Shown: piece after piece, positions 10,111 through 19,505 of the stretch | Numbering within the stretch: position 1 is the stretch's first letter | How the letters are laid out: each line of letters starts with the position of its first letter | NCBI GenBank assembly: GCA_963669175.1 | Contig: OY769902.1 | Location: 4,768,001-4,832,000, forward strand | Length of the DNA stretch: 64,000 nt | Source of the DNA: a bacterium | GTDB taxonomy: Bacteria > Electryoneota > Electryoneia > Electryoneales > Electryoneaceae | Direction of reading: 5' to 3' | Position numbers and translations under genes: made by a program | The notes under the pieces: generated by a model | Databases searched by the model: none | What the model was told of the DNA's origin: nothing | What the model saw: only the letters and a program-made list of their open reading frames with translations

Positions 10111-10254
10111 CCAGTGAATATATCAGACTCACTTATGCAATGAGAGGCACCAAGCTAGTGGATCGATTCACATGAATCTATCCACTAGTCACTATCTTTT
10201 GCCTAACACAAGTTACTTTTTTACATACAGCTGATCGAGAACAATGTCGCATTG

Positions 10255-10283
10255 CGTCATCCCCATTAAAGTTGGGGATGACG
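10255..10283 (-). terminator. Hairpin after tssH
   Basis: cgtcatcccca-ttaaagt-tggggatgacg, about 20 bp past the tssH stop. Confidence 0.5.
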
Positions 10284-10302
10284 TTGTTTATGACTAATCA
10301 AC

Positions 10303-13065
10303 CTACTCCTTAAACTCAAACGTAAAGCTGCCATCATCCCCGACACCCAGTTCGACGGCACTGGGCATATCGCCGGTAGTCATGTGGGTCAGGATCTGCT
10401 GGGACAGTTGCGGCAGCACGTTCCCGTTGAGAATGTACTCGATGTTGCGCGCGCCGGTCTCCACTTCGGTGCAGCGTGCGGCGACAGCGTCGACCACGGC
10501 TTCCGAATAGGTCAGCTTCATCCGGTTGTTTTCCATCAGCGTCTTGACAATCTTCTTCAGCTTCAGTTCCACGATCAGCTTCATCGCGTCCTTGTTCAGG
10601 CTGAAGAAGGGGATGATGTTCATGCGGGCCAGCAGCGCCGGTTTGAAGTGCTGGGACAGCATGGGACGGATCGCGGCGACAACCGTATCGACATCGGGAC
10701 GTTCGTCCTCATCACCCGTGGTCATCTCCTGGATCACGTCACTGGCGAGGTTGCTGGTCAGCATCATGATGGTGTTCTTGAAGTTGATCTCCTTGCCTTC
10801 ACCATCGGTCAGCATCCCCTTGTCGAACACCTGGTAGAACAGGTTCATCACGTCGATGTGCGCCTTTTCCACTTCGTCCAGCAGCACCACGCTATACGGC
10901 TTCTGACGGACGGCTTCGCTCAACATGCCGCCTTCACCGTAGCCTACGTATCCCGGAGGCGAACCGATCAGACGACTGACCGTATGGCTTTCCTGGAATT
11001 CGCTCATGTTGATGACCACGCTGTTCTTTTCGCTGCCGAACAGCAGGTCTGCGAGGGCCAGCCCGGTTTCTGTCTTGCCCACACCGGACGGTCCCACCAG
11101 CAGGAACACACCAATCGGCTGATCCGGGTTCTTGATCCCCGCCTTGGCCGCCTTGATCACTTCCGCCATGGCATCGAGGGCGACATCCTGCCCCTTGACA
11201 CGGTTCTGCAAGCGGTTGGCCAGATCGACGACCGTAGCCGCTTCATCACGCTTCACCTTGCCCATCGGGATTCCGGTCCAGTCGGACACGACCTTGCCGA
11301 CCACGTCCGGCGTGACCTCGATCTGGATCATGGGCTCATCACCCTGAATCTCCTCCAGCGCCTTGTTGGCCTCGTCCAGTTCCTTCAGCAGATCTTCCAG
11401 GCTCTTGGCAGGTTCAGCGCCTTCTTCGGCGGGCGCTTCTTCCTTGGCCTCTTCCACCTTCTCCGCAGCTTCGGCGGTTTCCTCGTCGCCACTCTCTTTG
11501 GCAGCCAGCGCCATACGGTTCAGCTCATGGATCTGGTCACGCAGCTTGACCACTTTCCACGCGGCTTCCTTTTCAATCTGCCAGCGTGCACGCACCTCAG
11601 CGGCTTCTGCGGTAAGATTCGCAATCTTGTCCAGGATGGACTGGTACTTCTCTTCGTCAATGGTCTGACCGTTGGTCTTGTCACGTTCCATCGCGGCCTT
11701 TTCACGTTCCAGCGCCTGGATGGAATGCTCCTTGTCCTCCAGTTCCGGCGGCTTTACCGCGAGGTTCAGCTTCACACGTGCGCAAGCGGTGTCCAACATG
11801 TCGATGGCCTTGTCCGGCAGGAAACGTCCCGTGATGTACCGGTCAGCATATTCCGCGGCGACTTCGATAGCGTCATCCCGCACGATCACATTGTGCGCCT
11901 TTTCATAGCTGGCCTTGATCCCGCGCAGGATCAGGGTGGCGATCTCCACACTCGGCTCGGCCAGTTTGACCAGTTGGAAACGACGTTCCAGCGCCGGGTC
12001 TTTCTCGAAGTATTTCTTGTATTCTTTCCAGGTGGTCGCAGCGATGGTACGCAATTCACCACGCGCCAACGCCGGCTTCAACAGGTTAGCGGCGTCACTG
12101 GTGCCCGCCGAACCGCCCGCGCCGATCAGGGTGTGCGCTTCGTCGATGAAGAGGATAATCGGGACTTCCGATTCCTTGATCTCGTTAATCACGCCTTTCA
12201 AACGATTCTCGAACTCGCCCTTCATCCCGGCCCCGGCTTCCAGCAGGCCCATATCCAGCCCGAGAAGGCGGACGTTCTTCAGGAAATCCGGCACTTCACC
12301 TTCAACGATTTCCAGCGCCAATCCTTCCACGACAGCCGTCTTCCCCACACCCGGCTCACCGACACAGATCGGGTTGTTCTTGCGGCGCCGTGCGAGAATA
12401 TCCATCATCTGACGGATTTCCGGGTCACGTCCGAACACAGGGTCAATCCCGCCGCCACGCGCTTTTTCGGTGAAGTCGGTGCAGAAACGGTCAACAAAAC
12501 CGCCGGACGCCCCGGTTCCCTTGGCTGCGCCTGGCTTGCCACCGCCGACCGCGCCGGAAATGTCAGCCTTCTTCAACGCCGCTTTGTTCTCCACCGAATT
12601 TTTAATCATGGTGGAGAAGGTCTTGAGCAGCGTTTCACGGTTGACCTTGTTCAGATACTTGATATACGGAGCGCCGCTGCCATAAAACGAGGGACGCGCC
12701 AGGAAAGCCAGTAGCATGGCGCCGGAACGAATTTTCGCGTCGCCCAGGTCAATGGACGCTACCATCCACGCATCCTGGAACAACTCCAGCAGCATCGGCG
12801 AAAAGACCGGCTTGCCCGAGTTACCGGCACGATTGTCCTCCAGATCCGCCTCGATCTCACGCTGGAAACGGCCCAGGTCGACTTCGAAATGCTGGAAAAT
12901 CTGCGGCAGGTCGGAATGGACGTCTTCCGCCAGTTTCAGCAGGAAATGCTCTACCGTGATTTCGTAGTGCGTACGTGAAACACACAACCCGGCAGCATTC
13001 TGCAGCGCGTTGGTGCAATACTCGTTCAAGTGAAGCATCAGTTCACGGGTATCAACTGCGATCAT
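10303..13065 (-). CDS. tssH: T6SS AAA+ ATPase TssH/ClpV
   Basis: 920 aa. ClpV-type N-terminus (AAGLCVSRTHYEITVEH), Walker A motifs GEPGVGKT and GPSGVGKT, C-terminal ETGARN; located in the T6SS cluster. Confidence 0.95.
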   Translation of the reverse strand: MIAVDTRELMLHLNEYCTNALQNAAGLCVSRTHYEITVEHFLLKLAEDVHSDLPQIFQHFEVDLGRFQREIEADLEDNRAGNSGKPVFSPMLLELFQDAWMVASIDLGDAKIRSGAMLLAFLARPSFYGSGAPYIKYLNKVNRETLLKTFSTMIKNSVENKAALKKADISGAVGGGKPGAAKGTGASGGFVDRFCTDFTEKARGGGIDPVFGRDPEIRQMMDILARRRKNNPICVGEPGVGKTAVVEGLALEIVEGEVPDFLKNVRLLGLDMGLLEAGAGMKGEFENRLKGVINEIKESEVPIILFIDEAHTLIGAGGSAGTSDAANLLKPALARGELRTIAATTWKEYKKYFEKDPALERRFQLVKLAEPSVEIATLILRGIKASYEKAHNVIVRDDAIEVAAEYADRYITGRFLPDKAIDMLDTACARVKLNLAVKPPELEDKEHSIQALEREKAAMERDKTNGQTIDEEKYQSILDKIANLTAEAAEVRARWQIEKEAAWKVVKLRDQIHELNRMALAAKESGDEETAEAAEKVEEAKEEAPAEEGAEPAKSLEDLLKELDEANKALEEIQGDEPMIQIEVTPDVVGKVVSDWTGIPMGKVKRDEAATVVDLANRLQNRVKGQDVALDAMAEVIKAAKAGIKNPDQPIGVFLLVGPSGVGKTETGLALADLLFGSEKNSVVINMSEFQESHTVSRLIGSPPGYVGYGEGGMLSEAVRQKPYSVVLLDEVEKAHIDVMNLFYQVFDKGMLTDGEGKEINFKNTIMMLTSNLASDVIQEMTTGDEDERPDVDTVVAAIRPMLSQHFKPALLARMNIIPFFSLNKDAMKLIVELKLKKIVKTLMENNRMKLTYSEAVVDAVAARCTEVETGARNIEYILNGNVLPQLSQQILTHMTTGDMPSAVELGVGDDGSFTFEFKE

Positions 13066-13296
13066 CGTTTTCCCTCGCTTTTATGTTTGGTTTGTTGGTG
13101 ACTTTTCAATCAAGTATATGATCTCTTGTATCCATAGTCGGCTGATGATGTATGAAGTTATGTCAAGTAATGCATTTCCAGCCGAAGATCGTCATGCAAA
13201 CTGAAGCCATCACGAGCGTTTTCCGTGACTGCTCGATCTTTCGATTGCATAATTTTTAGGTTATCCGATGACATTCAGTATTAGCAGGCTTTAGCC

Positions 13297-13692
13297 CTGT
13301 CTCTTGCTCACATCTTCGTGTTTCTGCCACCCCAGAGGGGGTGGTATATTTTAGCGTAGGGTTGACGCTGTCTGTTTAGCGTCTACCCTACGAAAAAGAT
13401 CAAACCTTATCTCAACCCTGGAAGGGTTGCATAACGTATAATTTACACCCAATTGGTTTGTATAGAATATAAAATGCGTTATTTCCTGTATTTATTGAAC
13501 GTACTAATATGAATCGCGTATTATGCAACCCTTCCAGGGTTGATTATTCGTTAGAATACCTGACATAGTGTACAGGCCAAAAAGACGGCCTGTACACTAT
13601 GCTAAAATAGGGAATCCCGCCGGGATTCTAAAAATGCTATGTCCACAACTCTTTTACTGATACAGCTTTCAGAAGATGTGGGTAAGAGACAG
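13297..13692 (+). mobile_element. MITE family B copy 1 (396 bp) with IS50/Tn5-like ends
   Basis: TIR ctgtctcttgctcacatcttc / gaagatgtgggtaagagacag. Flanks ggctttagcc and cgctttagcc (10 bp, 1 mismatch). Near-identical to 39034-39430. Confidence 0.9.
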
Positions 13693-13890
13693 CGCTTTAG
13701 CCTGCTCCTCTTAGCCCCCGGCTTCAGTCGGGGATATAGGAATTCCACACCCGAGGAGCGCCCTTCAGGGTGCTTTCCTGAATACAGTTTTCCAGCTTGA
13801 AAGCACGCTAAAGCGCGCTCACCGCAATTATCACCATCATCCACCCGGCTAAAGCCGGGTGCTAAGAGGAGCCTGCTGAAGCAGGCTAAA
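13693..13890. repeat. REP-doublet-like inverted repeat element, interrupted at its left hairpin by MITE B
   Basis: gcctgctcctcttagcccccggcttcagtcgggg ... cacccggctaaagccgggtgctaagaggagcctgctgaagcaggct (mirrored halves). Confidence 0.65.
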
Positions 13891-13940
13891 ACTTTGCAAT
13901 GCAGGCTAAAACTTTGCAATGCAGGCTAAAACTTTGCAAT
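13881..13940. repeat. Tandem repeat 3 x 20 bp
   Basis: (gcaggctaaaactttgcaat)x3, exact. Confidence 0.95.
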
Positions 13941-14087
13941 AATGACTGTTCGCACCTGCGATGTTGTCAAGAGTTACAAATACTTATTGATCTTACAAAT
14001 ACTATTCATACTCAGATACCGTCCTGAAAAGATTCTGTTTACTCTGTCCCATTTTTCAAATACCTTGCCTCAATTCCAATATCAACC

Positions 14088-15101
14088 TCAACTGGGCCTG
14101 AGCGTTACTTCCGTTTTTTCCGGGCCGTTGCCGAATGAGAACAACCAGGTATCCCAGCCCAATTGCGCCCAGTTACCTTTGCCCAGGCGTGTCGGCATGA
14201 CCAGCTTGGGATCAACATTCAGCGCCACATCCCAGGACAGCGGCTGATCGAGATAAAATCCGATCAATTCCTCCATCCGTTTGTATTCACCCTGATCAGG
14301 CAGGAAACGGTGATAGGCGGCCGGATCAAGCGGCCCGATATGGATGCGGAACATTCCCATCCGGTCCATGATTTCACCGCCCAGGTAAGCGTTCTCGCCA
14401 AGCGTACAGCCCTGTACCCCGATATGGCAGCGCTGGTCCTGCGGAATGGTTGCTACATGAGAAACACACTGCTCGATTTCGAAACTGGGCTCTTCCAGGT
14501 GATCCGACAGTAGTGCGCGCAATCCCTCAGCAGAACGTGAATGCTGGGTGGTCAGACCGATATAGCGTAAAAGGCTGTACGAATTCGGGAGTTTCTTCTG
14601 AAAATTTTCATCCCCGATTCCCAACAGGCAGTACATCTTTTCAATCAGGGCCGGATCGATTTCCTCTTCAAGGTTAAAGAGAAGTTGATGCTTGCTCCAT
14701 GCACGATAGAAAAGAGAATACAGGGATGAGTTGACAATATCGATAAAATCACGTGTTACGGAATTACCGTCGCTCGCTTCAGAAAGCAAATCTTCCGTAT
14801 AGAAAATCGGCAATGGTGATGAAGTGCCGTATAATCCGAGGAAGGTTGTGGTCAGCAGGAAACGGTCTTCATTGAAGGGATCAGGTTCAATACTCTTGAT
14901 ATCCTCGCGAGGATAACCAAGAGTCAGGTCAGGACGTACACGAATTTGCCTGGTAGTTTCCGACGGAGACGCACTCTGCCCGTTCTGCTTTCGAAGAAGC
15001 AGGCGCAGCAGTCGTACTCCCTGGAGAAAGGTGTGTGACTTCCCTTTCGTGAGCAGCCGCTGCTTCAGGTCAGCAGACGGTCGCCCAGTCGTGGTTGCCA
15101 T
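14088..15101 (-). CDS. tssG: T6SS baseplate TssG
   Basis: 337 aa. FLGLYGTSSPLP motif, LGW.TWL C-terminus; overlaps the tssF end. Confidence 0.92.
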   Translation of the reverse strand: MATTTGRPSADLKQRLLTKGKSHTFLQGVRLLRLLLRKQNGQSASPSETTRQIRVRPDLTLGYPREDIKSIEPDPFNEDRFLLTTTFLGLYGTSSPLPIFYTEDLLSEASDGNSVTRDFIDIVNSSLYSLFYRAWSKHQLLFNLEEEIDPALIEKMYCLLGIGDENFQKKLPNSYSLLRYIGLTTQHSRSAEGLRALLSDHLEEPSFEIEQCVSHVATIPQDQRCHIGVQGCTLGENAYLGGEIMDRMGMFRIHIGPLDPAAYHRFLPDQGEYKRMEELIGFYLDQPLSWDVALNVDPKLVMPTRLGKGNWAQLGWDTWLFSFGNGPEKTEVTLRPS

Positions 15102-16798
15102 GTATAACGATCTCCCGACAGGTTTTCCAACAATTCAAATGCTACAAAGGTATTCAGGTTGCTGTATGTCCCCAGGAACAAGTCAATCACTGAGGCGAAC
15201 AGGTACAAATCGCCCATATTGGCAAAATGGTCCAGGCTGGACGTCATTTCCACCTTGCGTCCACGCAGAATCGATCCCTGAACCATACGATCCATCGGTT
15301 TCACTTCTACAGATTGAATGCCGTTGATACGTTTCTGATTGGCTGTAATGCGAATCCTGTCACGTCCTTCCGCATGGATATACAATTCCAGCAGCGCCTT
15401 GAGGTTGTCGGCATCAGCAAGTTCAAGGAAATTCAAGGACAGGTGCGACAGGAATTTCCACAGAGTTTGCTGCCCCAATAGCGGGTTGATCGCTGATGTT
15501 GGCGACATGATATTCGTTGGAGATACCAGCTCGGACAAGTCAACTGTCTGCATGCAGATATCACCCCTGCGCAACCGTTCGGGCAAGTTGCCATTGGTGC
15601 ATGTCAGGGTAAGAGTAAGGGTCTGCTCCACCGGGTTCGGATTATCTTCCGGGTAAGAAATCATCAGGAAGGTTTCCGGCAGATCATCAATCGCAGACCG
15701 TGCCCTTACCAGCGAATAGGACGACTGTTTTCCACGCGCCCGTGCAAATTTCTCCAGCGGAACATATTCATGTTTCGCCACCGAACCAATTTCAAACCCC
15801 AGCACCTTTTCAACACTGAATACCTGGAAATGTTCACGCCCTATATACGAAGGGCGCATCTGTAGTTTTTCACGTTTGTGATCCAGGCTGATCGGATCGG
15901 ATTCGTACTTATACAGGTTTACAATCGGTGTCGCAAAGAAGAAGAATTGACGTTCGCTGATACGTGGTATGGTTAACCGGTGCTGCATGAATTCGAAAAT
16001 AATTTCAAAGTCAATGCCTTCACCACGATCTATCCACTGATCAAACCCGGTAAGATCGTAGAACAGGTACTTTTCCGGAAGCACAAAATATTCCTGCAGC
16101 AACCGAAGCCCGCCAAAACTCTGCGGTGGATACGGCAGCAGACTGTTCTTCAGATCGAAGCCAACATACCTGAGGAAACGTGGTTCAAGGGATACCTCGC
16201 TCCCTTCCCCCTTTGGCTTGAGGATGATTCGTTTCAGGTATTTCCTGAACAGGATAAATAGCTGCGCGCCCTGGCTGAAGTCTTCACCGGCATAGAACCT
16301 GAGTGTTTCCGGCTGCCACTGGTCCAGCGTCGGCCCGGTCAGGCGGCATTCCAGGTGTATTCGACTGCCCTTCAGAGCCAGGTCTTCAGCCCAGGCTTTG
16401 GTCAACTTCAGCGGGTGAACCTCAGTCGAGAAACACGTGCGAAACGGGCAGATGGTATCATCAACAGGTTTAGAATTGATGGACACCCCGGCAGGGATGG
16501 TGATGCTTTCCATCATGTTTGGCTTCGGATCAAGCACCGCAATCGATAACGCAGGAACCGGGCGCAGATACTGCGGGAATATGACATCCATCAGGCCATG
16601 GACAATCTCAGGGAACTCGTCATCCAGTTTTTCCTGGATCAGTCCGTTGAGAAACGCAACCCCCTCCAGCAACCGTTCCACATCAGGATCGGTCGAGGAT
16701 TCACTAAGCATCGGGGCAATTGCAGGATGGACCTTGGAAAACTCAAACCCAAGATCCCTGAGGTTGGCCAGTTGTTCCTGGTACGCCTTTTTGGACAC
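15065..16798 (-). CDS. tssF: T6SS baseplate TssF
   Basis: 577 aa. DPDVERLLEGVAFL, YLRPVP and LLQEYFVLPEKYLF motifs; GTG start. Confidence 0.95.
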   Translation of the reverse strand: MSKKAYQEQLANLRDLGFEFSKVHPAIAPMLSESSTDPDVERLLEGVAFLNGLIQEKLDDEFPEIVHGLMDVIFPQYLRPVPALSIAVLDPKPNMMESITIPAGVSINSKPVDDTICPFRTCFSTEVHPLKLTKAWAEDLALKGSRIHLECRLTGPTLDQWQPETLRFYAGEDFSQGAQLFILFRKYLKRIILKPKGEGSEVSLEPRFLRYVGFDLKNSLLPYPPQSFGGLRLLQEYFVLPEKYLFYDLTGFDQWIDRGEGIDFEIIFEFMQHRLTIPRISERQFFFFATPIVNLYKYESDPISLDHKREKLQMRPSYIGREHFQVFSVEKVLGFEIGSVAKHEYVPLEKFARARGKQSSYSLVRARSAIDDLPETFLMISYPEDNPNPVEQTLTLTLTCTNGNLPERLRRGDICMQTVDLSELVSPTNIMSPTSAINPLLGQQTLWKFLSHLSLNFLELADADNLKALLELYIHAEGRDRIRITANQKRINGIQSVEVKPMDRMVQGSILRGRKVEMTSSLDHFANMGDLYLFASVIDLFLGTYSNLNTFVAFELLENLSGDRYTWQPRLGDRLLT

Positions 16799-16880
16799 AC
16801 ACGCCTCACAGGTTCAACGATTCAGTATTGATGCGATCAACGATTCAATCAAGTATGCGTAAGATACAAATTTGAACAGG

Positions 16881-17297
16881 TCAATCACTATTAATGTTGA
16901 ATTTCCCATCTGAGCGAAAAACCGTATCAAAAATGACCGGGATTTTCTCCTCGCCTACCATAAACGCTTCAAGCTTGAAACGAATGGAAAAAACATCCTT
17001 CTGATCCTTGTCAATGATAATTCGAACGTCCCGCAACCGTTTTTCATATTTCACGATAGTCCGCTTGATACTCTGTTCCATATTCTCTACCGCTTCAGAA
17101 TAATTGTCACCGGCCATTGCGGTAAAGTCCGGGATGCCATAATCATCAGCAATCATGACACTGCCCTGGCGGGTATTCAGCAACCGGCGAAGATGCATGA
17201 TTATGGAACGCACTTCCATCTGGGTATCCCTTCGGTTCCGTAACGAGGGATTCTTATCCAGATGATGAATTCTCTCCAATAATCTCTCTTCAGGCAT
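16881..17297 (-). CDS. tssE: T6SS baseplate TssE (gp25-like)
   Basis: HLRRLLNTRQG...DYGIPDF...YEKRL; start taken at ATG 17297. Confidence 0.9.
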   Translation of the reverse strand: MPEERLLERIHHLDKNPSLRNRRDTQMEVRSIIMHLRRLLNTRQGSVMIADDYGIPDFTAMAGDNYSEAVENMEQSIKRTIVKYEKRLRDVRIIIDKDQKDVFSIRFKLEAFMVGEEKIPVIFDTVFRSDGKFNINSD

Positions 17298-17355
17298 CTC
17301 AATTTCACCAGTTAACAAGCTGTATTCTGTTCACTACCTGCCAGGTTGACAAGAG

Positions 17356-17393
17356 CAGGGCGGCGCGTCCTGAAAAATCAGAACGCGCCCCCT
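17356..17393 (-). terminator. Hairpin downstream of hcp
   Basis: ggcgcgt(c)ctga-aaaa-tcaga(a)cgcgcc imperfect stem. Confidence 0.5.
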
Positions 17394-17413
17394 TCATATC
17401 AAGGTAAATCAGA

Positions 17414-17905
17414 TCAGGCGCTCGCAGGAGTATCCCAATCATCTTCCGCTTCAATACCACCGTCGTTGTACGTCCAAATGATCTTCTGGTAGTTGAAGTG
17501 AACCTCTTCCATATCATGGAAAGGCTTGTTGTCAGGTACGAATGTCATCGGTTTGTACAGACGTGTTTTCACGATCACAGCATTGGTCAGCTTAATCGTG
17601 AAATAGTGTTCTTCCTGACCTTTCTGGTTGATCTGGTAGAAATCAATCTCCACATCCGTCATGGTCTCACTGGTCGAACACGCCTGCTGGAGTTTCGGAG
17701 TTGCTGTATCAATGTGCTTCGTGATGATCAGTGGCTTGTGCATACGCTTGCCGGTCGCCTGGCCAGTGTGGCTGTCGACTGGGGTTTCAACACTATGGTC
17801 CAGCGCATAGATCAGGATCGTCTTTTCACGTCCCTTTTGCTGGCAATCGCCATCAATTGCGCCCTGGTTTGCGCCAGTAAGCTTCATGTACGCGGTCATC
17901 GGCAT
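17414..17905 (-). CDS. hcp: T6SS tube protein Hcp/TssD
   Basis: MPMTAYMKLTGANQGAIDGDC...TGKRMHKPL...YQKIIWTY...EDDW; RBS aaggag. Confidence 0.95.
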   Translation of the reverse strand: MPMTAYMKLTGANQGAIDGDCQQKGREKTILIYALDHSVETPVDSHTGQATGKRMHKPLIITKHIDTATPKLQQACSTSETMTDVEIDFYQINQKGQEEHYFTIKLTNAVIVKTRLYKPMTFVPDNKPFHDMEEVHFNYQKIIWTYNDGGIEAEDDWDTPASA

Positions 17906-17985
17906 GGGTAACTCTCCTTTTGTAAGAAACAAGAAAAACTTGTGTGAACATCTTCAAACTATAAGCGTACTTCCAGAGAATGAAA

Positions 17986-18013
17986 AACCCCGCAATAATG
18001 CGGGGATTCTTTT
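17986..18013. terminator. Hairpin between tssC and hcp
   Basis: aaccccgca-ataa-tgcggggatt flanked by A/T runs. Confidence 0.55.
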
Positions 18014-19494
18014 TACTCTTTGTCCAGCTTGCCAACCAGTGAAAGTTCGAAGGACGCACCCATGTACTTGAAGTGCGGTTGAACTTTCATCTCAACCTTG
18101 TACCAGCCGGGATCACCTTCAACATCGGACACGATGATCTGGGCCTTCCTCAGCGGGCGACGGCTGCGGACACCGGCGGACGGATTTTCCTGGTCCGCGA
18201 CATACTGCTTGATCCAGTTGTTCAGCTCGTCTTCCAGCTCGCCACGACCTTTCCAGGTACCGATGTTTTCACGCTGCAGTACCTTCATGTAATGAGCCAG
18301 GCGGCTGACGACAAAATTGTAGGGAAGCTGAGTTCCGAGCTTGTAATTCATCTCGGCCTGCTTGCCCTCTGCCGTGTTCCCGAAGGTCTTCGGCTTCTGT
18401 ACCGAGTTGGCTGAGAAGAATGCGGCATTGTCGCTGCCCTTACGCATGGTAAGCGCGATAAAGCCTTCTTCTGCCAGTTCGAATTCCTTACGGTCACTGA
18501 TAACGACTTCCGTAGGAATCTTGGTCTGCAATTCGCCCATGGCTTCGTAGTTGTACACCGGCAGATCGCCAACCGTACCACCGCCCTGCGGGCCGATGAT
18601 GTTCGAGCACATGCGGTATTGCGCAAAGCTGTCGGTCACGTTAGAAGCAAAGGCAAATGCAGCGTTGCCCCAGCAATAGTCCTTGCTGTCGGAAGCAGCG
18701 CCTTCAACGTAGTTAAAGGTCTTGCAGGCAACCATATCCGGACCGTAAGGCGTACGCAGCAGGAAATGCGGGACTGTCAGGCCCACATTGCGAGCGTCAG
18801 GATTGTCACGGAAGCCGCGCCACTTGGTGTACTGAGGACCTTCAAAGATTGAACTCAGATCCTTCAGGTTCGGCAGTTCATCGAAACTCTCAACGCCAAA
18901 CATCTGCGCGGATGTCGCTGCGATGAATGGCGCATGGGACATGGTCGCACAACTGGCGATGCTTTGCAGCGTGCGAATATCCTGTGCGCTTGGCCCGAAC
19001 TCATAATTGCCAACCATCATACCGTAAGGCTGGCCACCAAACTGGCCGAATTCCTGGGTATAAGCCAGCTTATACAGGCCGCTGGTGGTAATATCAGCAG
19101 CATCTTCAAAGTCATCAAACAAATCTTGCTTGGAAACATTCAGGATTTCGACCTTGATGTTTTCACGGAAATTGGTTCTGTCAACCAGGAATTTCAATGA
19201 ACGCCAGGAGCTTTCCAGCTTCTTGAAATCATCATTATGCAGAATGGCGTCCATCTGGCTGCTGAGCTTCTGGTCAACAGCGGCAATCATTTCATCGATA
19301 AACTGCGGCGAGACGGTCACTTCGGCGCGGGTCGGTTTGAGAAGCTCATCGATAAAAGCCTGCACACCCCGTTTGGTTAAGGCGTAACCTTCATCAGACG
19401 GAGTCATTTTGGTCTGTTCAAGAATCTGATCGAGGAGGGTCCCCTCCTGCCCGGTCTGTTCTTGTTGCTGTTGTTCTTGCTGTTCTTCCGCCAT
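18013..19494 (-). CDS. tssC: T6SS sheath large subunit TssC/VipB
   Basis: 493 aa. LESSWRSLKFLVDRT, EFGQFGGQPYG, SRLAHYMKVLQRENIG and PHFKYMG motifs. Confidence 0.97.
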   Translation of the reverse strand: MAEEQQEQQQQEQTGQEGTLLDQILEQTKMTPSDEGYALTKRGVQAFIDELLKPTRAEVTVSPQFIDEMIAAVDQKLSSQMDAILHNDDFKKLESSWRSLKFLVDRTNFRENIKVEILNVSKQDLFDDFEDAADITTSGLYKLAYTQEFGQFGGQPYGMMVGNYEFGPSAQDIRTLQSIASCATMSHAPFIAATSAQMFGVESFDELPNLKDLSSIFEGPQYTKWRGFRDNPDARNVGLTVPHFLLRTPYGPDMVACKTFNYVEGAASDSKDYCWGNAAFAFASNVTDSFAQYRMCSNIIGPQGGGTVGDLPVYNYEAMGELQTKIPTEVVISDRKEFELAEEGFIALTMRKGSDNAAFFSANSVQKPKTFGNTAEGKQAEMNYKLGTQLPYNFVVSRLAHYMKVLQRENIGTWKGRGELEDELNNWIKQYVADQENPSAGVRSRRPLRKAQIIVSDVEGDPGWYKVEMKVQPHFKYMGASFELSLVGKLDKE

Positions 19495-19505
19495 CGGTGT
19501 TCTCC

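Noticed and set aside
10384-12714. 776-aa plus-strand ORF
   Set aside because: Antisense shadow of tssH, typical for GC-rich Clp genes; no motifs.
13297-13315. Nextera/Tn5 adapter contamination
   Set aside because: Not identical to the mosaic end; both ends are paired, reproduced in two copies and flanked by target duplications.
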